Shown here one piece after another: positions 40,483 through 51,136 of a DNA stretch of 64,000 bases (positions are counted from its first letter, which is position 1; every line of letters begins with the position of its first letter). The notes under the pieces are model-generated. The model saw nothing but the letters and a program-made list of their open reading frames with translations, was not told where the DNA came from and searched no databases. This DNA comes from a plasmid: the sequence record NZ_CP037472.2, one strand, 5' to 3'. The position numbers and the translations under genes were made by a program.

Positions 40483-42535
40483 TGAGATTATGGTTTTAAA
40501 GGATGGATTTTATAGATTAGAAAAAGATCTCGAGGCTTTGAGTGTTTTTTTAGAAGATGTTGAGAGTAAGTCTTTAAAATTTGATAATCCAAATGAAAGA
40601 ATGCATTATTTGATTGATAATAATTTATATGAGGATTTTTACAATAACTATTCTGAATCAGAGATACTTGAAATATATGAGCTTGTTAGGGGTGAAAATT
40701 TTCAGTTTAAATCTTATATGAGTGCTTCAAAGTTTTATAAAGACTATGCGCTTAAAATGAATAATGGTAAAGTTTATTTGGAAAATTATGAGGATAGAAT
40801 AATTGCAGTGAGTCTTTTTCTTGCTAATGGATGTTTTGATTTTGCTAAGCAGTTTGCCTTGGAAATGATAAAACAGCGGTATCAACCAGCAACGCCTACA
40901 TTTTTGAATGCTGGCAAAAGGGTAAGGGGTGAGCTTGTATCATGTTTCTTATTAGAGGTAGGAGATTCTTTAAATAGTATTACTTTTAATATCTCATCAG
41001 CTATGCAGCTTTCAAAGATTGGTGGAGGAGTAGCTTTAAATCTTTCAAATATTAGAGCCAGAGGTGAGGAGATACGGGGTATTTGTAATATTGCAAAAGG
41101 CATTATTCCTGTTATGAAGCTTTTAGAGGATGGATTTAATTATGCAGATCAAATGGGACAACGAAAGGGTGCAGGTGCTGTATATTTAAATATTTTTCAT
41201 TATGATATAGAAGATTTTCTTGATACAAAAAAGATAAATGCTGATGAGAAAAGTCGTATTCAAACATTATCATTAGGTGTAATAATTCCAGATAAATTTT
41301 TTGACATAGCAAAGCAAGGTCAAAATTTTTGCGCATTTGCGCCATATTCACTTTATAAGGCTACTGGTCGTTCGATGAATGAGATTGATTTTGATAAGGA
41401 ATATGACTCTTTGGCAAGCAATCCTGATATTTTAAGAAAAGAGATTTCAGCTAGGGACATGTTGGTTCGCATTGCTAGGTTACAGTTTGAATCTGGATAT
41501 CCTTATATAATGTATTCAACATCATGTAATATGAATAATCCACTTAAAGGACTTGGGAACATTAAGATGTCTAATCTTTGTACAGAGATTTTTCAAATTC
41601 AAACACCATCAGTTATTGGTGATTATGGTGAGAGTGATCAAATTGGATATGATATCAGTTGTATTTTAGGTTCTTTAAACATTGTTAATGTTATTAACCG
41701 TGAGTTTGAGTATACAATAGATATTGCTATGAGGGCATTAACAGCTGTTGTTGAAATGACATATATTAAAAATGCACCAAGTGTTCAAAAAGCAAATTCA
41801 GATTATCATTCTGTTGGTCTTGGTGTTATGAATTTGCATGGGTTTTTGATTAAGAATAAGATTCCTTATGAGAGTAATGAGGCTTTGGATTTTGTTCGTA
41901 CTTTTTTTATGATGTTAAATTTTTATTCTCTAAGGAGTAGTATGAATATTGCAAGAACTAGGGGTAAAACTTTTAAGGATTTTGATAAGAGTGAATATTA
42001 TAATGGTAATTATTTTGATATGTATCTTAATGAAGATTTTTCTCCTCGTACAGAGGTGGTGAAGAAGATATTTCAAGATTTGAAGATTCCTGATAAGAGT
42101 GATTGGATAAAGCTTAAAGAGGAAGTTCAAATGCATGGACTTTATCATTCTTATCGTTTAGCTGTAGCACCAACACAAAGTATATCTTATATTCAAAATG
42201 CAACAACATCTATTATGCCTATTGTTGAACCTGTTGAGGCTAGAGTTTATGGCAATTCTATAACATATTACCCAATGCCTTTTCTTAGCAGAGAAAATGC
42301 TGTTTTTTTTAAGTCAGCTTATTATATGGATATGAGGAAGTTAATTGATTTAATCAGTGAAGCTCAAAGACATGTTGATCAAGGTATTAGTACTCTTCTT
42401 TATGTGACAAACGAGACTAGTACCAGGGAACTTGTAAAGCTTTACATTTATGCAAAGAATAAGGGACTTAAAAGTTTATACTATACAAGAAATAAAAATT
42501 TATCGGTGTATGAGTGCATTCTTTGTGCAGTATAG
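40454..42535 (+). CDS. nrdE: class Ib ribonucleotide reductase alpha subunit NrdE
   Basis: 693 aa. N-terminus LNNEIMVLKDG is like B. subtilis NrdE. Active-site SNLCTEI. C-terminal CILC pair. Confidence 0.9.
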   Translation: MRMKHLELNNEIMVLKDGFYRLEKDLEALSVFLEDVESKSLKFDNPNERMHYLIDNNLYEDFYNNYSESEILEIYELVRGENFQFKSYMSASKFYKDYALKMNNGKVYLENYEDRIIAVSLFLANGCFDFAKQFALEMIKQRYQPATPTFLNAGKRVRGELVSCFLLEVGDSLNSITFNISSAMQLSKIGGGVALNLSNIRARGEEIRGICNIAKGIIPVMKLLEDGFNYADQMGQRKGAGAVYLNIFHYDIEDFLDTKKINADEKSRIQTLSLGVIIPDKFFDIAKQGQNFCAFAPYSLYKATGRSMNEIDFDKEYDSLASNPDILRKEISARDMLVRIARLQFESGYPYIMYSTSCNMNNPLKGLGNIKMSNLCTEIFQIQTPSVIGDYGESDQIGYDISCILGSLNIVNVINREFEYTIDIAMRALTAVVEMTYIKNAPSVQKANSDYHSVGLGVMNLHGFLIKNKIPYESNEALDFVRTFFMMLNFYSLRSSMNIARTRGKTFKDFDKSEYYNGNYFDMYLNEDFSPRTEVVKKIFQDLKIPDKSDWIKLKEEVQMHGLYHSYRLAVAPTQSISYIQNATTSIMPIVEPVEARVYGNSITYYPMPFLSRENAVFFKSAYYMDMRKLIDLISEAQRHVDQGISTLLYVTNETSTRELVKLYIYAKNKGLKSLYYTRNKNLSVYECILCAV

Positions 42536-42547
42536 GAGTAATTATTA

Positions 42548-43513
42548 ATGGGACTAATTAGAGAGGCTATAAATTGGAATAGATTAAATAATGATTATAC
42601 CAAGATGTTTTGGGATCAAAATATAAGACAATTTTGGGTAGATGAAGAGATCCCAATTTCTGATGATAAACTGGTTTGGCGAACCTTGTCTAGTGATGAA
42701 CGAGATGTTTATGAAAAAGTTTTAGGTGGTCTTACTTTGTTAGATACAGAACAAGGTTCTGTTGGTATGCCAAGTATAGCTTTGGCAATAGATAATTTAA
42801 ATTATAAGCCTATTCTTGGGTTTATGGGAGCTATGGAGCATATGCATGCTAAGAGTTATAGTAGCATATTCTCAAGTCTTTCAAACATAGATAGAATAGA
42901 TCATATATTTAGTTGGGTGAGGAGTTATAAAAATTTGCAAGATAAGTTAAACTTAATTTTAAGTAAGTATAACAGCATAAATGATAGAATGAGTTTATAT
43001 CAAGCTTTGTGCACTTCTGTATTTCTTGAAACGTTTTTGTTTTATTCTGGTTTTTTTTATCCTCTTTATCTTGCAGGTCAAGGTAAGATGGTTAATAGTG
43101 GTGAGATTATTAATTTAATAGTGCGTGATGAATCTGTACATGGAGTATTTGTTGGTCTTTTAGCGCAAGAAGAGTTTAATAAGATGACTGATAAAGAACA
43201 AGTATTTGCGAAAAAAGAGTCCATGGTTATTTTGGATCGACTTTATGATTTGGAAAGAGAGTATACTAAAGACTTATATTCATCTATTGGACTTGATGTG
43301 GCAGTTGATGTTTTTGTTCGTTATAATGCTGATAAGGCTTTGATGAATTTAGGTTTTGATCCTATATTTAATATTAAGGATGTTGATGTTAATTCTTTGG
43401 TTTTAAATGGCCTAAAGACTGATACTAAAACGCATGACTTTTTTTCTACCAAGGGTAATGGGTACATAAAACCCATGAAGATTGAACCTTTGCAAGATGA
43501 TGATTTTATATAA
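42548..43513 (+). CDS. nrdF: class Ib ribonucleotide reductase beta subunit NrdF
   Basis: 321 aa. Metal-ligand region MEHMHAKSYS. Lies immediately downstream of nrdE. Confidence 0.85.
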   Translation: MGLIREAINWNRLNNDYTKMFWDQNIRQFWVDEEIPISDDKLVWRTLSSDERDVYEKVLGGLTLLDTEQGSVGMPSIALAIDNLNYKPILGFMGAMEHMHAKSYSSIFSSLSNIDRIDHIFSWVRSYKNLQDKLNLILSKYNSINDRMSLYQALCTSVFLETFLFYSGFFYPLYLAGQGKMVNSGEIINLIVRDESVHGVFVGLLAQEEFNKMTDKEQVFAKKESMVILDRLYDLEREYTKDLYSSIGLDVAVDVFVRYNADKALMNLGFDPIFNIKDVDVNSLVLNGLKTDTKTHDFFSTKGNGYIKPMKIEPLQDDDFI

Positions 43514-43715
43514 AAAGTTTATTAATTTTTTTCAATTTAATTTTAGGTGAAAGTGAGGTTGTAATGTGCCTTTTGGTTCGTTTTATTTTTATTAAAAAGA
43601 TTAAAAAAATCAATTTAATTTATTTTTTATTAATAATAATTTTTAATTAAAGTGATTTATTAATATGATTTTAATGTATAATGTATTATATATAATATAT
43701 ACTGAACATTAACTA

Positions 43716-43910
43716 ATGTTAGTAGTGTGTAGGCTTAAAAAAGGAGAATACTGTATGAAAAAAGTAGGAATAATACTCTGTGTATTTTTTGTAGCACTTA
43801 TTGTGGCCATAGTATTTTATAATCGGAAAATATCAAGCATTAACATTGATGAACTAAGTCCTTCTTATGGTGTACTTATAACAACGGTAAGTACATATTT
43901 TTTGGTATAG
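43716..43910 (+). CDS. small hydrophobic ORF (possible membrane peptide), low confidence
   Basis: Internal ATG at 43755 gives MKKVGIILCVFFVALIVAIVFYNRK. Confidence 0.25.
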   Translation: MLVVCRLKKGEYCMKKVGIILCVFFVALIVAIVFYNRKISSINIDELSPSYGVLITTVSTYFLV

Positions 43911-44437
43911 GGTTGTTAAATCAGTTGCTAAGTTGCAGAAGGACCATTATGAGTTTGATATTTTTTCAGAAATTAGTAGAAAGGCTTAAAAGATTTGATT
44001 TTTCGTCAAATGCTTTTAAATACAAAGGTTGCTTAATTTATAAATAATATTAAAAAACCAATTTAATGTACTTAATTACATTAAGTGATATAAATTTAAC
44101 CAGATAGCATTTTCGTTTTTGCGAGTGCTATCTTTGAATATGTAACTAATAGTATAAACAATGTTTATGTTTTTTTATATTAAGTTATTTTCACATATAA
44201 GTAGGTACTTTTGTCCTTTGATTTTTATTTTCTTATTTAGTTTTTATGATGATTAAAATCATGCTTGATAATAGAGTATTTTTCAGGCATTGGTATTTTT
44301 TGAGGTGTTATAAAAAAACAATATTATAATAGTAGTTATTATTTAGTTTTAGATATGTTTAATATTCCTTTTTTGTGGTAGTAGGTTATTATATGATTGG
44401 GGGTATGTATCTGATTTAAGGCTAGGAGAATAAGTTT

Positions 44438-45154
44438 ATGCAAATTAGAGTTATATTTTATATTTTAGCCTTAATTATAATTTCTTGTGAATTAGAAAAG
44501 ATCCAGAAAGTTATGTTTCTAACACAATTTGAAATGATATCAAGAGATGTGGTTTGTGATACTTTATCAGATAAAGTATCTCAGTATAGAGAAGAATTTA
44601 CTATTGAAGAAATTAAATTTAAAAAAACTGAAGCCAATAGTCGATTTAAGATTCCTTTCTTTAAAGTGTCACCAGTCTTTGATGATGAGTATAAAAATGC
44701 ACAGACCCAGCATTTATGCAATCCTTGGATATGATTTTGATGTTATTAAAAAATTAGAAAAGATATTTGATAGATTGAATTTACAATTTCCCCCTGCTAA
44801 TAATGAAGATACTGCTATTGCCATTAAGTTATTGTCCCTTTTTAAAGATGCTACAGATTCAGTCAGAATAATTTAAATGTGCATTTAAGTGAGTCACGCT
44901 TATCTAAAATTAAGAAATTCAAAGATAAAAGCGTTATTGAGAAAATTGATTCTCTTGTAAAAGATGTGCTGATCATAAGACACAATGTGATCATAGAGTT
45001 AAAAATGCATATAGATAGGGTGTACAAAACATTGAATAATGATCTAAATCTTTTAGATAAGTTGAGTAATATTTTTGATGAAAGTGGAAATATTAAACAA
45101 TTTGTTAATTTTATGCTTGAGATAGAGAACCAGATTGAATTATTGGTTAAATAA
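44438..45154 (+). pseudogene. decayed CspA/CRASP-1-like (PF-54-like) lipoprotein gene
   Basis: Three consecutive ORF fragments in different frames (44438..44734, 44547..44876, 44879..45154). Lipobox IISC at the start. Family motif LGYDFDVIKKLEKIFDRLNL appears in fragment 2. Confidence 0.65.
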
Positions 45155-45500
45155 TAATTTACTTAAGTGTATTTATGGATCCAAATTAGATTTGGATTAT
45201 TAATAAGTATATCTACAATTACTTAAACGTCTACGGTCAGGATCATTACTTATTTTCAAAAAATTAAGATTTACTTATAACTTGCCTGAAGATAAATATA
45301 AAGACTTTTTGTCATTTTTAATAAAATTTTCTTAAAATATTTAAGAAATGATCAAAATTTAATTGAAATTTATATTAGATTTATTTAGAATAATATTCTA
45401 AATATAATCGTTATTTTATAATTTTAATTATTAATATATTATACACTATGAAGTAGCATATACTATGCAGTGTGTAACTCTTTAAAAAAAGGAGAGATAC

Positions 45501-46490
45501 ATGAGAAAGTTTTATATAGTGTTTTGTGTGTTCAGTATATTTTTAAGCTTGTCCATGCTAGCTTGCAATAAGTCATTAGAAGAACGAGAGGACATTTATA
45601 CATCAGAGAGTTTATCATTAGCTGATGAAGCAAAGCAAAGAAAAAATAACTTAGCGTCAGGTATTAACAAGGGATTAGTTGTTGTTCCATGTGTGGAGGA
45701 TACATTTATAGCACATCTGGAAGAATTATCAGAGAGTGAAAAAATGGAAAAAGAAAAGGCTTATGCTGAGCTTGTAAGAGTCGTAACAAATTACAAGGCG
45801 CAACTTGTAGATGAATTACAGGTATTTGAAGCTGCGGTTGAAGCCACAAACAAGGAACTTGAAGAAGCTGAGGTTGAAGACATTACTGAGGACGAAAATA
45901 ATGCTAAAGATCAGATAGATGTCAAAGAAATTATTTTAGAGCCATTAGCAAAGACTCATTTTCATGAGGTATCGCAAGAGTTTAAAGATCAGGATTTAAT
46001 CAATACTATTTATGCTTCTTTAGGATATGATGTTAAGGTTATTAATAAATTAGAAAAAATAATTGCATCACTTGATTTGGATGTTGCGTTGCAAGTGAAT
46101 AATGAATTGGATAAGGAACTTCATGATGAATTATTAAATTTAAGTTATAATATGTTGTTTTGTTTAAGTTATATTACAAATTCGGCCATACTGATTGTAA
46201 ATGATTATTTGGACGAAATGCGTTTATCTAGTCTTGAAAAAGTTAGTTTTACACAGAAGATTGTGGATCTTCATAATCACATGGAGGAATTTATTCAAAA
46301 TAGGGCTCAATTTATAGAAAAGATTAAAGATGTGATTTTAAATGTAAAGATAGGTAATAAACAAAGTATGTTGCCTGTCTTGAGAGATATTATGGATGAT
46401 AAAGGGGAGATTGTGTCATCATCTAACTTTACACAGCGCAAGTCAGCTTTGATTCAATGTGAAGTTAATAGTTTACTTAAGATATTGTAA
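45501..46490 (+). CDS. CspA/CRASP-1-like (PF-54-like) lipoprotein, array member 2
   Basis: MRKFYIVFCVFSIFLSLSMLAC lipobox. Family motif YASLGYDVKVINKLEKIIASLDLD. 329 aa. Strong RBS aaaggagag. Confidence 0.7.
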   Translation: MRKFYIVFCVFSIFLSLSMLACNKSLEEREDIYTSESLSLADEAKQRKNNLASGINKGLVVVPCVEDTFIAHLEELSESEKMEKEKAYAELVRVVTNYKAQLVDELQVFEAAVEATNKELEEAEVEDITEDENNAKDQIDVKEIILEPLAKTHFHEVSQEFKDQDLINTIYASLGYDVKVINKLEKIIASLDLDVALQVNNELDKELHDELLNLSYNMLFCLSYITNSAILIVNDYLDEMRLSSLEKVSFTQKIVDLHNHMEEFIQNRAQFIEKIKDVILNVKIGNKQSMLPVLRDIMDDKGEIVSSSNFTQRKSALIQCEVNSLLKIL

Positions 46491-46910
46491 AGGGTTCTTT
46501 ACTTATAATTTTTTGTGAACTTTATTTATTGGCAATGGTTTTCAATCCAAAATTAATATTTGCTTAAATTGGGCATGATATTTTTGACAAATTTTTAAGA
46601 ATCTATTTTTAGATTGTTGATGAACTTAAAAGGTTAAATATTAGAAGTAACTTCTAATGCCCTTTTAAGTTTTTTATTTAAGGTGATTCATGGGCTTGGA
46701 AGATTTTTAAAAATTTGAGTATAAATTTTATTAACTAAATTAAAAAAATATTGAAATTTATGTAACTTGAATTACAATTCATAATTAAAATAATCTATAA
46801 ATATGGTCATTATATTACAAAATTAATTATTTATAAGGCTCATTTATGTGTTAAGTGATATTTTATATAGATTGTGTAATTTTTGATTTTAATTAAAGGA
46901 GAATGGAATC

Positions 46911-47852
46911 TTGAAGAGTTTGAATTATAATTTTATTTGTATAATTTTATTTGTTGTATTCATGATGGCTTGTGGCTATCCATTAAAATTGAGACCTGAG
47001 GGTTGTGAGAATAGTTTAAATAGACTAAAAAATAAAGAGGTACTTTCTGTAGATGTGACTAAAGCAAAAAAAGGACAAGTTGAAGTAGCACCTTCAGTTG
47101 TTGATATTGTAGGAAATATTGAAGATGAATCTTTAGTTTTTGATGTTGAGATTAAAGAACAAGTTGAGGACATATCTTTATCTAGTGATGAGGTTAAATT
47201 AAGTTCAAGTCAGAAAGATGCTTTAATCAGTTTATTGGTAAATAGTTTAGATAATTACAAAAACCGGCTTAAGGAACAAAGTGATGCATTTAATAAAACA
47301 AATGCTTCAATGGAAGAAGAATTTGCAATTAAGCTTCCTTTACACAAAGTACAAACAGTAATTGATTCTGTAGCTACACAGGCCGTCATTTTTGAAACAC
47401 TAGGATATTCAGAGACAACTTTAAAAAGATTGCAAAAAATATTAAATATATTAGATTTTGAAAATCTTATTTCTCGTGATGTAAGAGTTGCAAATAGTCT
47501 TATATTGTGTTTGGATAATGTTTTTTCTCTTACAAAAAAAGTTTTATATGATTATGTTAATGAATTAAATTTAGAGCAGATCGTGACTAATAATGGTGAG
47601 GATGGTATTAATGCTATTTGTAGGCGTATAGATCAATTTATGGAATTACGGGATCGATTTATAGAGCAAGCTAAAAATGATATAAATTTAGCTTTTAATA
47701 ATGATGCACATATGCAAAGAAAAAAGATAACATATAAAGATGCTTTGTTAGATGTATTGGAAAGGGTGATTGGCCCAAATGGAACCCTTACTGAAGCACT
47801 TGCAGCGATGGAACAATGTGCAGATGAAATATATGCTTATTTGAGTCCTTAG
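46911..47852 (+). CDS. PF-54-like lipoprotein, array member 3
   Basis: TTG start, lipobox FMMAC. Motif LGYSETTLKRLQKILNILDFE. Confidence 0.7.
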   Translation: MKSLNYNFICIILFVVFMMACGYPLKLRPEGCENSLNRLKNKEVLSVDVTKAKKGQVEVAPSVVDIVGNIEDESLVFDVEIKEQVEDISLSSDEVKLSSSQKDALISLLVNSLDNYKNRLKEQSDAFNKTNASMEEEFAIKLPLHKVQTVIDSVATQAVIFETLGYSETTLKRLQKILNILDFENLISRDVRVANSLILCLDNVFSLTKKVLYDYVNELNLEQIVTNNGEDGINAICRRIDQFMELRDRFIEQAKNDINLAFNNDAHMQRKKITYKDALLDVLERVIGPNGTLTEALAAMEQCADEIYAYLSP

Positions 47853-48453
47853 CTGATTTAGTAGATTATTTATTTTAAATAGTAAGATAAAGGCCTTAAA
47901 AACAAAGGCTTTTTATTATTTCAAGTGCTTTATAATAATAAATATAATTATATTTTTATAATGATTCTATATTGTAAAGTTTTAGAAAAAGGATAATGTA
48001 TGGGGTATTTTAATATATTGTTGTTTTTTTTATTATGTGTACTATTTATTTTGATCTGTTCGTTATTTATTGTGTTTTCAGTTTATTATTGTAATTTATT
48101 AATTTGGTATCATTTATGTTTTTGAATTTTTTTAAGAGATTAAGCCATATTATACAATTGACTGCACAATGAGTTAATCTAAATGATTAAATAAAAATTA
48201 CTAGGAATAAAACAGAATAAATAAAATATTTTATTATTAATTTATAGTTATTTTGAGAAGAAAAATATTTTCTTGCAAATTTATTTTTCTTTATAACAAG
48301 GTAAAAAATATGATTTAATTATATAATTTTAATTATATTGAATTAATTAAAATTATATAATTAAATCAATATAATATGCTATAATTAATTTAATATGTTT
48401 TGTTAGGTATGGATGGGATGTTTTAAAAATATCTTAAAAAAAGGAGAAATATT

Positions 48454-49050
48454 ATGGATGAAAAGTGTCGTGCTTTTAATGAACTTAGAAGAAAGTTAGT
48501 AGAATTCAGACAAGAGTTTGAAAGTCAACGTGCTATTTTTTTTCCCAAAGAAATGCAATTAAAAGTTCATTTTAAAGGGGCCTTGAGTGAAATTTATTAT
48601 CCATCAGATTTAGAAGAAATTTATGGAGCATTAGGATATGATGTTGAAGTTATTAGTAGCTTGGGTAAGGTATTTAAAAAATTGAATTTCAGATGTTTAA
48701 GCGATGGGGATACAAAAGTTGTTACTAATTTATTAAATGGATTAATGCGTGTTGCAAATTTAATTCAGACTCTTTTTTCAGATGTTTTAAATCAGATAAA
48801 ATTGAATATGCTTAAGTCTAGAGATATAAATGACCTTAAAAAAATTAATTTACATTTAGTTCAGTTTATAGGCCATATAAAAGATTTGAAGCTTAAGATT
48901 AAGACTGGCATATTATCATCAGCATTAAAAAAGAATGCAGAGGGTATTGTAAAAGAATTAAAAGAAGGCATTCTTGTTAGCCATAAAGTTATGATCCGCA
49001 ATATTCATGATCGTTTATTTGATATTGTGGAACTAGTGGAGCTTGCATGA
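48454..49050 (+). CDS. PF-54-like protein lacking a signal peptide (N-terminally truncated member 4)
   Basis: 198 aa. Motif YGALGYDVEVISSLGKVFKKLNF. No hydrophobic N-terminus. Confidence 0.55.
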   Translation: MDEKCRAFNELRRKLVEFRQEFESQRAIFFPKEMQLKVHFKGALSEIYYPSDLEEIYGALGYDVEVISSLGKVFKKLNFRCLSDGDTKVVTNLLNGLMRVANLIQTLFSDVLNQIKLNMLKSRDINDLKKINLHLVQFIGHIKDLKLKIKTGILSSALKKNAEGIVKELKEGILVSHKVMIRNIHDRLFDIVELVELA

Positions 49051-49240
49051 TTGTTACTTAAAAGTGGTTTAGTTTTCTTACTTCTTTAGTGTAGAGGTTA
49101 TAAGGAGGTTTGTGTTCTGATGAGGTGAATTATATCAATATTTATTATAATGGGAGATATTTTATATATTAATATAAATACCATTATAATAATAAGTTAG
49201 TTTGGTATGTATTGGTAAATGAGCAAAAAGGGGAAATTGT

Positions 49241-50026
49241 ATGAAAGAGTTTGGTATGGTATTATTGACAATTGGCTTTATGTTAGGGTGTAGATCATCT
49301 GTAAGAGGATACAATGTAAGCAATATTGACGTTCCTGAACCAAAAAAAACACTACTTCAACCAAAACCTAAACTAGTTCCTCTTATTCAAAATCAAAGTT
49401 CAATAAGTAGTGCTTATGATGATTTAAGATCATTATTAGCTTATTTTAGAAAGCAACTTGAAGATGAATATAAGCATGATCCTATCACAATTTCTTTATT
49501 TATGGATTCTGTCAAATTTAGTCTTAATTCAAAATTATTAGTCTATAATTCGTTAAAAAGTGATAGAACACATAATGTTTATATAGCATTAGGACATGAT
49601 CTTGAGATTATTAAGGATTTAGTAAGCATACTTAGTACATTAAACTTGACAGCAAATGATGAGAATATAGATGTAAGGATTGCTTCTCTTTTGTTATTCA
49701 ATTTGGAGCAGATTGCATATCTTATTTTCTTGTTAAATTTTAGTTTGAGTAATGAAAATTTGAGAAAAATTAAGAATAGCAAAATAGTAACGGTAGATGA
49801 TATTAATCAGATTACGGGTTTTCTGTTTTTGTTTATGAGAAAAAGAGATGATTTAATAAGAGATGTTGGTACGGTTTTAAAGGAGGCATCAGTAGTTAGA
49901 GATGATAGACGGGCAATGGAGATGTATCTTAAGAAGATTGTTCAAGATGGAGAAATTAAGCGAAAAATTAGTGCTATGCGAGAATTAATACAAAGTATTG
50001 ACAATTTAATTAGTAGCGTTATATAG
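49241..50026 (+). CDS. PF-54-like lipoprotein, array member 5
   Basis: Lipobox FMLGC. Motif YIALGHDLEIIKDLVSILSTLNL. 261 aa. Confidence 0.7.
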   Translation: MKEFGMVLLTIGFMLGCRSSVRGYNVSNIDVPEPKKTLLQPKPKLVPLIQNQSSISSAYDDLRSLLAYFRKQLEDEYKHDPITISLFMDSVKFSLNSKLLVYNSLKSDRTHNVYIALGHDLEIIKDLVSILSTLNLTANDENIDVRIASLLLFNLEQIAYLIFLLNFSLSNENLRKIKNSKIVTVDDINQITGFLFLFMRKRDDLIRDVGTVLKEASVVRDDRRAMEMYLKKIVQDGEIKRKISAMRELIQSIDNLISSVI

Positions 50027-50175
50027 TCTTTATGCTTTACTTTTAAAAGTATTTGAGTAAATTTTAGGGGCTTTAAGTATTTGCAAATGTGAAGTTTTGT
50101 TTTAGATATTGTTGTATCTTAGTCTGTTGTTTCTTGAATATTATTTTTAGAATTGATTTATAAGGAAGAGAATTT

Positions 50176-50934
50176 TTGGCAAGAATTAGTATGTTATTGT
50201 GTATTATATTTGTAATTGCTTGTAAGCAAGAAAGTTCTAGCATAGATATAAAAAAAAATATTAAAAAAGTAGATTCAAAAAAAAATTTTGCTTTATGCGG
50301 TAAAGATGAAGCAGTCATAAAGCCAGCAAATATTGATTCCAGATATTTGGCTTTTTATAAACTTAACAGAATGGTTAGGAATTTTAGACAGAAACTGAAT
50401 GCTAAGACATTTGAATTTTTTTATGACCGAAAAATTGTGTTTGATTTCCCCATAAAACAAATTTTTCCGCTTTATGATAATCCAGATGATATTTATGAAG
50501 GCTTAGGTTACGATCCTATAGCTATTAAGAGTTTAGAATTGATATTGAATACATTGAATTTAGAACCTAATTTTGTTAATGAAGATTCAAGGCGTGCTTA
50601 TAGTTTATTACTCTATTTATCAGATGTTGCAAAGATGGTCAAATTAATTGTGAATGAGAAGTTAGATGATACAACTTTAGAACGATTTGAATCTGAAAGG
50701 ACAGCAGAGGATCTTACTAAAATGCATTTTTATTTAGATAGGGCGATGGCAAATAGGGAAATGTTGAAGCTTAAACTTGTAGAACATATAATAAGGGTAG
50801 CAGAATATAATTTTACTAGAGAGTCGATTTTTAGATCACTTATAGAAGATATTCTTTTTCACATAGATGTTTTGCAGCCCTATTTAAATATGTTACAAAA
50901 CATAGATATAGTTTTATGTTTGGTTGGGAAATAG
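50176..50934 (+). CDS. PF-54-like lipoprotein, array member 6
   Basis: TTG start, lipobox FVIAC. Motif YEGLGYDPIAIKSLELILNTLNLE. Confidence 0.65.
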   Translation: MARISMLLCIIFVIACKQESSSIDIKKNIKKVDSKKNFALCGKDEAVIKPANIDSRYLAFYKLNRMVRNFRQKLNAKTFEFFYDRKIVFDFPIKQIFPLYDNPDDIYEGLGYDPIAIKSLELILNTLNLEPNFVNEDSRRAYSLLLYLSDVAKMVKLIVNEKLDDTTLERFESERTAEDLTKMHFYLDRAMANREMLKLKLVEHIIRVAEYNFTRESIFRSLIEDILFHIDVLQPYLNMLQNIDIVLCLVGK

Positions 50935-51136
50935 GTTAATTGGAAACCTTCATATGGTTTTTTCTTTGATAATTTTTCTTTTTAATGTTTTTAAATTTAC
51001 CAGATAAAAATTTTGATTTAATTTAGCATAATTTTATTGTATAAATTTAGTTTTATTAGTATATAATACTAATTGTTAAGATTGACTTAGTATAAATAAA
51101 TATTATTGAGTGTTTAATCTTAAAAAGGAGAAGTAT

